Assembly: GCA_041640655.1 (NCBI GenBank)
Contig: JBEPZV010000004.1
Coordinates: forward strand, 1-46,714
DNA: 46,714 nt
Reading direction: 5' to 3'
From: a bacterium
GTDB taxonomy: Bacteria > Acidobacteriota > Blastocatellia > HR10
The notes under the pieces were generated by a model, which was given only the letters and a program-made list of their open reading frames with translations, did no database searches and was not told the origin of the DNA. Below are positions 40,133 to 46,714 of the stretch, one piece after another. Both the position numbers and the translations under genes were made by a program. Positions within the stretch are counted from its first letter, which is position 1; each line of letters begins with the position of its first letter.

Positions 40133-41027
40133 GGCCCAGCGTCTGGAGGACGTGTCGTAGATAGACCCGACTTCGCGCGGCGTCGCGCAGAGGGGCGACC
40201 TCGGATTGGCCGAGATCCACATCCTGCTCGATGACGATCCAGCCCTGATATCCCCATGCGCTCAGTTCTCGAATGAGCGCGGGAAAATCCACCACTCCAT
40301 CACCCAGTGGGCAGAAGAGGCCTTCTCGAACAGCTTCGGCGAACGTGAGCGGTTCTCGCCGGACGCGCTCGAGCACTTCCGCGCGGACGTCTTTCGCATG
40401 AACGTGCCAGATGCGCGGCCCATAGGCTCGCACGGCTTCCACCGGATCGCCCCCGCCGTAGACATAATGGCCGGTATCCAGGCAGAGGCCGATCAGCTCA
40501 GGATCGGTCATGGCCAGGAGCCGAGCGACCTCTCTCGGGGTCTCGATGAATGTCCCCGCATGATGATGGAAGGCGGCGAGCAATCCTCGCGCGCGGCATG
40601 CTCGAGCGACCTCGTGGAGGAAGGCCACCGCCTCCCTCCACTGCGCTTCGGTGAGCTCATCGGTCGGCGTGACGCGCCCGGCGATGGCCAGACGGCGCGG
40701 CGTGAGCGCGTCGGCCAGCACAATGAGCGTCGCGCCGAGGGCCTGCAACACGTCGGCGACACGTAGGACGTCCTGGAGCCCATGCTCGAAGCGCTCCGGT
40801 TCCGAGAGCGGAATCGGGACGAAAGCCGTGACCAACTCCAGCTGACGCCGCGAGAGTTCCTCTCGCAGGAGCACCGGATCGGTGGGCAAATATCCATAGG
40901 GGCCGAGCTCCGTCCCCTCGTATCCGGCCAGGCGCATCTCGTCAAGGACCTCCGAATAGGGACGTCGAGCGCCCAACCCTTCGACTTCACAAATCCCCCA
41001 GCTCACCGGAGCCGTGGCGATCTTCAT
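40122..41027 (-). CDS. IolE-like myo-inosose-2 dehydratase / sugar-phosphate isomerase TIM barrel
   Basis: MKIATAPVSWG, AGYEGTELGPYGYLP, FHHHAGTFIET, LCLDTGH, HVHAKD, GWIVIEQD. Confidence 0.82.
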   Translation of the reverse strand: MKIATAPVSWGICEVEGLGARRPYSEVLDEMRLAGYEGTELGPYGYLPTDPVLLREELSRRQLELVTAFVPIPLSEPERFEHGLQDVLRVADVLQALGATLIVLADALTPRRLAIAGRVTPTDELTEAQWREAVAFLHEVARACRARGLLAAFHHHAGTFIETPREVARLLAMTDPELIGLCLDTGHYVYGGGDPVEAVRAYGPRIWHVHAKDVRAEVLERVRREPLTFAEAVREGLFCPLGDGVVDFPALIRELSAWGYQGWIVIEQDVDLGQSEVAPLRDAARSRVYLRHVLQTLGLTD

Positions 41028-41992
41028 GGGATCCCTCCTTCTCTCAGGAACTCGTCCGCATTCTCGCGCGTGACGAGCGTCGTCCCCGTGTCAATCTGCT
41101 TCTCGATGGGCTCTCCGCGGAGAACCCGGATCGCCGCCTCGACAGCGCGTCGGCCCATCTCGAACGGGTGTTGGGCGACGACCGCATGCATCCGTCCGGC
41201 CTTGACAGCCCGCACGGCCTCTCGTGTCGCGTCGAATCCCACGAGGATGATCTTCCCCGTCAGGTTCCGAGCCGCGATAGCTTCCATAGCCCCCAGGGCC
41301 ATCTGATCGTTCGTCGCGAAGACGGCGCGCAGGTCCGGGTGCGAGGTCAAGATATTCTCCATCACGGTCATGGCCAGCGCCCGCTCGCTGTTGGCCGGTT
41401 GAATGGTGACCAACTGGATACCGGGCGCGCGCGCGATCGCTTCTTGAAATCCGGCCACGCGATCCTCGTGAGCGGCGACGCCCAGGATGCCGCGAATGAC
41501 GGCGACTTTCCCCCTCCCGCCGAGCGCGCGCACGATGTATTCACCGGCGAGTCTCCCTCCGAGCCGATTGTTCGTCCCGATATAGCTCAGCTTCTCCGGC
41601 CAGGGGGCATCCGTATCCACCAGGAGCACGGGGATTCCGGAAGCGCGCGCCCTTTGAAGTACGGGGATGACCTCGGCGGCCCCCGCCGGGGCGACGATGA
41701 GCGCCGAGACCTTCTTCAGGATTTGATCTTCCAGGATGGCCACCTGCTGGTCAATATTGATCTCACGCTCGGGAGCGAGCACGACGACCTCGACCTCAGG
41801 GTGCTCGCGCGCGGCTGCCTCGGCTCCCCGTTTCAAGGTGAGCCAGAATTCGCTGTCCAGGGCTTTGGTCACAACGGCGATGCGGTGAGCTTTCATCGTC
41901 CCCGTGCGGCGGCAGCTCTCGCCTGTGAGTGCGAGGCAGACGCCGACGAGCAGAAGTCCCATTCCTATGCCGTACCGACGCTTCCCGCTCAT
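41024..41992 (-). CDS. Sugar ABC transporter substrate-binding protein (RbsB-like)
   Basis: Signal/lipoprotein N-terminus, KALDSEFW, YIGTNNRLGG, FATNDQMALGA, VGFDA, VAQHPFEMG. Confidence 0.9.
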   Translation of the reverse strand: MSGKRRYGIGMGLLLVGVCLALTGESCRRTGTMKAHRIAVVTKALDSEFWLTLKRGAEAAAREHPEVEVVVLAPEREINIDQQVAILEDQILKKVSALIVAPAGAAEVIPVLQRARASGIPVLLVDTDAPWPEKLSYIGTNNRLGGRLAGEYIVRALGGRGKVAVIRGILGVAAHEDRVAGFQEAIARAPGIQLVTIQPANSERALAMTVMENILTSHPDLRAVFATNDQMALGAMEAIAARNLTGKIILVGFDATREAVRAVKAGRMHAVVAQHPFEMGRRAVEAAIRVLRGEPIEKQIDTGTTLVTRENADEFLREGGIP

Positions 41993-42075
41993 CTGCGTCC
42001 CTCCTGCTTCAGAAGATAGACGATTGACTCTACGGAACCCTCCCCCGCGCGAGGAAGCCCCTGCGCTCCGCCCCT

Positions 42076-42105
42076 TTGACGCCTCGCGGGGGTTCCGCTT
42101 ATACT
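42076..42105 (+). promoter_or_regulatory. sigma70 promoter for the antisense radical SAM gene
   Basis: TTGACG (42076-42081), 18-nt spacer, TATACT (42100-42105). GGAGG SD before GTG 42144. Confidence 0.65.
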
Positions 42106-42143
42106 GAGACGCTACGCACGGTGAGGTCTTTGGAGGAGCTGCG

Positions 42144-43256
42144 GTGTCTCAATTCGGCGCGTTCATCCGGTATCTGCGACATCTGCGTCGGGAGAAGCGT
42201 TTGCACACGGTGATCCTCTTTGTCACCTCGCGATGTAATGCGAAATGCCGCACGTGCTTTTACTGGTCGGCATTGAATGAGGAAGGGGATTTGACCTTGG
42301 CGGAACTGGAGCGGCTCTCCCGCACGATGCCGCCTTTTTCGCAGCTCCTGTTGAGCGGGGGCGAGCCAACGCTTCGAGAGGACCTGCCTGACATTGTGCG
42401 CCTCTTCGTCCGCCACAATGGGATCGAGAGCTTGAATTTTCCGACGAACGGATTGAAACCGGAGCGCCCGCGCGCGTTCGTGGAGCGGATCTTGGAAGAG
42501 AACGAGACGCTGACCGTCTATGTGAATTTCTCCGTGGATGGGCTCGCCGCGACGCACGATCGCATCCGCGCCGTCCCGGGGAATTTCGCGAAGGTCGAAC
42601 AGGCGATCGCCCTCATCCAGCCGCTTCGGGAGCGATTTCGGAAGCGGCTGTGGGTCGGCGTCGTCTCGGTCATCTGTCGGGAGAATTACCGAGAGCTGAT
42701 CCCGCTGGCCGAGTATTTCCTGAGGCAGCGGGTCCTCGACGGCCACTATTTTCAGATCGTAAGGGGGGATCCTCTGGACCCGACGCTCATGGCCGTCCCC
42801 CCCGATGAGCTGCGAGCGCTCTACGGTGAGATCTCGCGCATTCAGGAGCAGTATGCGCGGCGCGCCTTCGATGATCCGAGCGCGGCGGCCCGCTGGATGA
42901 AGCGCATGATCTACGTGGGGACGTTCAATTTCCATCACCGCGTGCAGTTCGCCAATTACGCTCATGGGAAGGCCTGGCCCATGCCGTGCACGGCCGGGGA
43001 GACGGCGATCGTGATTGATTTCAACGGCGATGTTCGTGCTTGCGAGCTGCGCGCGCCGTTGGGAAATTTGCGCGAGTACGATATGGACTTCGCCGCCTTT
43101 TGGGATTCGGCGATTCGGCAGCAGGAGGTCGCCGCGATCGCCCGCGATCGCTGCTTTTGCACGCACGTCTGCTTCCTTCATGACAGCCTGCGCTTCTCCA
43201 TGAAGGCGCAACTTGTGGGCGTTCCGAAGAGTTATCTGGCCCGCCGCTTCTGGTGA
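42144..43256 (+). CDS. Radical SAM protein with a short C-terminal Fe-S (Twitch/partial SPASM) domain
   Basis: FVTSRCNAKCRTCFY, SGGEPTLR, PTNG, SVDG...HDRIR; C-terminal PCTAG...IDFNGDVRACE...CFCTHVC. Confidence 0.9.
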   Translation: MSQFGAFIRYLRHLRREKRLHTVILFVTSRCNAKCRTCFYWSALNEEGDLTLAELERLSRTMPPFSQLLLSGGEPTLREDLPDIVRLFVRHNGIESLNFPTNGLKPERPRAFVERILEENETLTVYVNFSVDGLAATHDRIRAVPGNFAKVEQAIALIQPLRERFRKRLWVGVVSVICRENYRELIPLAEYFLRQRVLDGHYFQIVRGDPLDPTLMAVPPDELRALYGEISRIQEQYARRAFDDPSAAARWMKRMIYVGTFNFHHRVQFANYAHGKAWPMPCTAGETAIVIDFNGDVRACELRAPLGNLREYDMDFAAFWDSAIRQQEVAAIARDRCFCTHVCFLHDSLRFSMKAQLVGVPKSYLARRFW

Positions 43257-43264
43257 GGGCGAGC

Positions 43265-44278
43265 TCACGCGCGAAGCGCGCGTCGTCTCTCCACGGCGCG
43301 CTGTCGCAGGACGTCCACCCACACGGCGACGACGATGACGATGCCGATGACGGTCGTCTGCCAATAGGCGGAGACGTCCAGGAGGTTCAACCCGTTCCTC
43401 AAGACGCCCATGATGAGGGCGCCGACGAGCGTCCCCCACACAGTGCCCACGCCGCCGAAGAAGCTCGCTCCCCCGATGATCACCGCGGCGATGGCGTCCA
43501 GTTCGGCGCCCACGCCCGCTAAGGGGAATCCCGAATTCATCCGTCCGGCCAGGATGATGGCCCCCAAAGCCGCCAGTCCCCCGCTCACGGTATAGACCAA
43601 GATGAGGCGCCGATCCACCGGAATGCCGGCCAGAAGCGCCGCCTGTTTGTTGCCCCCAATGGCGTAGATGTCGCGACCGATGGTCGTACGCGTGAGGAAG
43701 AGATGGAACAAGGCGTAGACGACCACGACGATGAGCACCGGCATGGGGATGCCCGCAAAGGCCCCCGCTCCCCAAAAGCGGAAATCTTCCGGGAGTTCGG
43801 AGATCGGAAATCCTCCGGAGAGCACCAGCGCCAATCCGCGCGCCACGTTCATCATTCCCAGCGTCGGGATGAACGGATGGGGGAGGCGAAGCTTTGTGAA
43901 CAGCAGTCCATTGATCATCCCCAAGGTCGCTCCCAGAGCGAACGTCGCGACGATGGCGGCCAGCGTCGGCACTCCGGCCTTCAGCAGCATGGCGACCACG
44001 ACGCAGCAGAGCCCGAGGATGGATCCCACTGAGAGATCAATCCCCGCCGTGATGATGACGAGCAGTTGCCCCAGGGCCAGCAGCGCGTTGATGGCCGATT
44101 GCCGGAAGACATTGAGCACATTGTCGAAGGTGAGAAAGTGTGGCGAGAGGACAGCCAGCGCTCCACTCATCAAGAGCAGGGCGAGAAGGGGGCCGAAGCG
44201 CCGGAGTAGCGGCAGAATCAGGTCGGGATGAAGCATTCGACTGGCGTTCTCGAACGCGGATGAGCCCCCGCGATTCAT
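43265..44278 (-). CDS. Sugar ABC transporter permease (RbsC-like)
   Basis: VIITAGIDLSVGS, PFIPTLGM, GRDIYAIGGNKQAALLAGI, ELDAIAAVIIGGAS. ATG is coupled to the ATPase stop. Confidence 0.93.
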   Translation of the reverse strand: MNRGGSSAFENASRMLHPDLILPLLRRFGPLLALLLMSGALAVLSPHFLTFDNVLNVFRQSAINALLALGQLLVIITAGIDLSVGSILGLCCVVVAMLLKAGVPTLAAIVATFALGATLGMINGLLFTKLRLPHPFIPTLGMMNVARGLALVLSGGFPISELPEDFRFWGAGAFAGIPMPVLIVVVVYALFHLFLTRTTIGRDIYAIGGNKQAALLAGIPVDRRLILVYTVSGGLAALGAIILAGRMNSGFPLAGVGAELDAIAAVIIGGASFFGGVGTVWGTLVGALIMGVLRNGLNLLDVSAYWQTTVIGIVIVVAVWVDVLRQRAVERRRALRA

Positions 44279-45783
44279 TCTCCTCCTCCGGTGGCGAGAT
44301 AGAGGATGCGATCATCAGTAGCCTCCTCTCGCGAGAGTTCTCCGACGATTCGTCCGCGATGCATGACGAGGATGCGGTCGGCCAATCGCCGAAGCTCCTC
44401 CAGTTCGGAGGAGACCAGCAGGATCGCGGCTCCCTGGTCGGCGAGTCGTCGAATCCATTCGTAGATCTCCGCCTTCGCCCCGACGTCAATGCCACGCGTG
44501 GGCTCATCGAGTAGGAAGATGCGGGGGGTCGTGGCAAGCCACCGCGCCAGGATGACCTTCTGTTGATTCCCTCCGCTCAGGAGCATCACCGGGTGATCGG
44601 CACTCGGCGTCTTCACGCGCAGCTCGCGAATGAGGCGTTCGGTGAGCTGCCGCTCCGCGCGCGCATCCACGAAGAGCCCGAGGTGGGCGATCCGTGCGTG
44701 CACCGGGAGGATGATGTTGGTGTGCACGGAAGCGGTGAGGATCAACCCCTTGGTCTTCCGATCGTCGGTCACCAAGGCGAGGCCGTGCCGCACGGCATCG
44801 GCGGGCGTTCGGATCATCACCGGACGGCCGGCGATGCAGATCGTCCCCGACGTGTATTCGCGCGCGCCGAAGATCGCCTCAACCAGTTCCGTTCGGCCCG
44901 CTCCAACGAGCCCCGCCAGGCCGACGATCTCCCCCCCGTGAACGCTGAAGGTGACGTCGTAGAATCGCCCCGGCGCGGTCAATCGCTCGATGCGCAAGAT
45001 CGGTTCGCCGAGCATCCGGGGACCACGCGCCGGGAAGTGTTCCCTCAGTTCACGCCCGACCATGGCGCGCACGAGCTCTTCCGGCGTAGTCTCCGCGATC
45101 GGTCGCGTCAGCACATGCCGACCGTCGCGCAGGACCGTCACGCGATCGGCGATGCGGTAGATCTCCCGCATGCGGTGCGTGATGTAGATGACGCCGATGC
45201 CCCGCGCTTTCAGTCGGGCGATCACCTGAAACAGGCGCTCCGTCTCATGCTCGGAGAGGGGAGAGGTCGGTTCATCGAGGATCAGGAGTTCGGCTTCGAA
45301 GGCGAGAGCTCTGGCGATCTCCACAAGTTGCTGCTCGGCGACGCTCAGCTCACTCACCGGGCGCGTGGGATCCAGATCATGGCCGAGCTCGCAAAGAAGT
45401 GCGCGCGCGCGTTCGTGCGCTTCCTTCCATCGGACCCAGGAGAACAGCCCCCTTCGGTGAGGGAGACACCCCAGGAAGATGTTCTCCCCAGCGCTCAGCT
45501 GAGGGACGAGCGTCAGCTCTTGCGGTACCATGCGGATGCCCAGGCGATGCGCATCGCGCGGCGTGTGGAGTCTCACGACCTGCCCTTTCCACAGGAGGCG
45601 ACCGCGATCAGCTTGGTGAACGCCTGTGGCGATCTTCATGAGCGTGGATTTTCCCGCTCCGTTCTCTCCAATGAGCGCATGAACCTCACCCGCCTGCACT
45701 TCGAAATCCACGCTCTCCAGAGCCACGATTCCACCGAAGGTCTTCGTGATGCCTTCAAGGCGGAGCAAGACGTTCCCTGCCAT
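44275..45783 (-). CDS. Sugar ABC transporter tandem ATPase (RbsA-like)
   Basis: GENGAGKST, LDEPTS, second domain GLVGAGRTE, LSGGNQQKV, LDEPTRGIDVGAK. ATG at 45783 or 45846. Confidence 0.93.
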   Translation of the reverse strand: MAGNVLLRLEGITKTFGGIVALESVDFEVQAGEVHALIGENGAGKSTLMKIATGVHQADRGRLLWKGQVVRLHTPRDAHRLGIRMVPQELTLVPQLSAGENIFLGCLPHRRGLFSWVRWKEAHERARALLCELGHDLDPTRPVSELSVAEQQLVEIARALAFEAELLILDEPTSPLSEHETERLFQVIARLKARGIGVIYITHRMREIYRIADRVTVLRDGRHVLTRPIAETTPEELVRAMVGRELREHFPARGPRMLGEPILRIERLTAPGRFYDVTFSVHGGEIVGLAGLVGAGRTELVEAIFGAREYTSGTICIAGRPVMIRTPADAVRHGLALVTDDRKTKGLILTASVHTNIILPVHARIAHLGLFVDARAERQLTERLIRELRVKTPSADHPVMLLSGGNQQKVILARWLATTPRIFLLDEPTRGIDVGAKAEIYEWIRRLADQGAAILLVSSELEELRRLADRILVMHRGRIVGELSREEATDDRILYLATGGGE

Positions 45784-45864
45784 GATGCGCTCCGGACGGG
45801 GATCCGATGAGCTCGCCTGCGCGTGTGTGATATGCGCCCTGATCATGTGACGGGAGGACGTCCC

Positions 45865-46713
45865 CTATAAAAGAGGAGGCGTTGCTTCCCCCTCTGCGTC
45901 AGATGCCGGGGGCGCCTCGATCGGGGGAATCGCTCGCCCGTCAATCACTCGCCAGACATTCAAGCGCCGCGCCAAATGCGCCGCCTCTTCAGTGATGCCC
46001 TCTCCCGCGACGACCGGAATCGCCCGCACACCGAGCTGAGAGAGCAGGAGCGCGCGTCGCGCAGCCCGTTCGACATCGGATAAGCCGATGCCCCAGGAGA
46101 CCTCGACGACGAGATAAAGCTCACTGCCTTCTTCCGGATGGCGCCCGCGCGCGACGAGGTCCGTGCGGATGATCTCATCGGCTTCGGTATCCGCCAGCTT
46201 CCCTTCTTCGACGGCGCTCTCGACGAACGCACTCAGCTCTTCTGAGGAGAGAACGTGAATCTTTCGCGCCAGAGCGCGGAAGTAAGCGGGGGCATGCCGT
46301 TCATATTGGTGTTGGAGGTGAAACCCCTTCAGGCGCGCGACGTCATGACTGATCGCGTCCATCCGTTTCGTCAGGGCGTCCACGCTCGAGGCCAGGACGG
46401 CGATTTGTTGCTCGGCATGTTGTTGAGCGCGCGTCAACGCCGCAACATCCTCGCCGAGTGCGGTCACGACTTCCTCCAATCGAGCCACCCGCTTCTCCAT
46501 TTGCCATTGCGCTTCCGCCAGGGCCGCGACGGCTTCTTCCAGCCGGGTCACGCGCTCTTCCGTACGGCGTTGCGCTTCGGCCAGAGCTGCCACAGTCTCC
46601 TCCAGTCGGGCCAATCGCTCCTCGGCCCGTCGTTGTGCCTCGGCCAGGGCCGCGACGATCTCCTCCAGTTGAGCCATGCGCTCCTCCAGCCGGGTCACGC
46701 GCTCTTCCGTACG
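45865..46713 (-). CDS. Heptad-repeat coiled-coil protein with C-terminal degenerate PD-(D/E)XK-like domain (5' truncated by window)
   Basis: Repeated RLEExVAALAEAQRRxEE units; C-terminal TDLVARGR...YLVVEVSWGIGLSDVERA...IPVVAG. Confidence 0.75.
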   Translation of the reverse strand, partial: RTEERVTRLEERMAQLEEIVAALAEAQRRAEERLARLEETVAALAEAQRRTEERVTRLEEAVAALAEAQWQMEKRVARLEEVVTALGEDVAALTRAQQHAEQQIAVLASSVDALTKRMDAISHDVARLKGFHLQHQYERHAPAYFRALARKIHVLSSEELSAFVESAVEEGKLADTEADEIIRTDLVARGRHPEEGSELYLVVEVSWGIGLSDVERAARRALLLSQLGVRAIPVVAGEGITEEAAHLARRLNVWRVIDGRAIPPIEAPPASDAEGEATPPLL

Positions 46714-46714
46714 G
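46538..46714. repeat. 30-nt perfect direct repeat within the coiled-coil gene (46538-46567 = 46685-46714)
   Basis: tccagccgggtcacgcgctcttccgtacgg occurs twice, 147 nt (7 heptads) apart, among degenerate 63-nt units. Confidence 0.85.

Overview
GC-rich, gene-dense bacterial chromosome segment. It is most consistent with an Acidobacteriota (Blastocatellia-like, possibly thermophilic) genome; this is inferred from an Acidobacteria-type VWA protein, a DUF6599-like protein and VPS10/BNR proteins, and was not tested. It is mostly housekeeping DNA: trmFO, xerC, birA, murQ, larB, ilvD, secA, and a hemB-tadA-tRNA-Ser(CGA)-tRNA-Ser(GGA)-ffs-dnaX-ybaB-recR cluster. No CRISPR array, IS element or prophage is visible. 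The most interesting parts are: (1) a self-contained three-gene operon after secA, made of an extended radical SAM/SPASM enzyme, a 236-aa protein I cannot assign to any family, and a membrane protein with a HisKA-like helical hairpin that has Tyr in place of the phospho-His and no kinase domain; (2) a second radical SAM gene lying antisense inside an inositol/sugar ABC-iolE gene run; (3) a proofreading family A polymerase with no 5'-3' nuclease domain; (4) a secreted zinc metallopeptidase followed by two tandem TadG-like paralogues that share perfectly identical DNA patches; (5) several promoters placed so that the mRNAs would be leaderless. All family assignments come from motif recognition by eye; no database searches were run.
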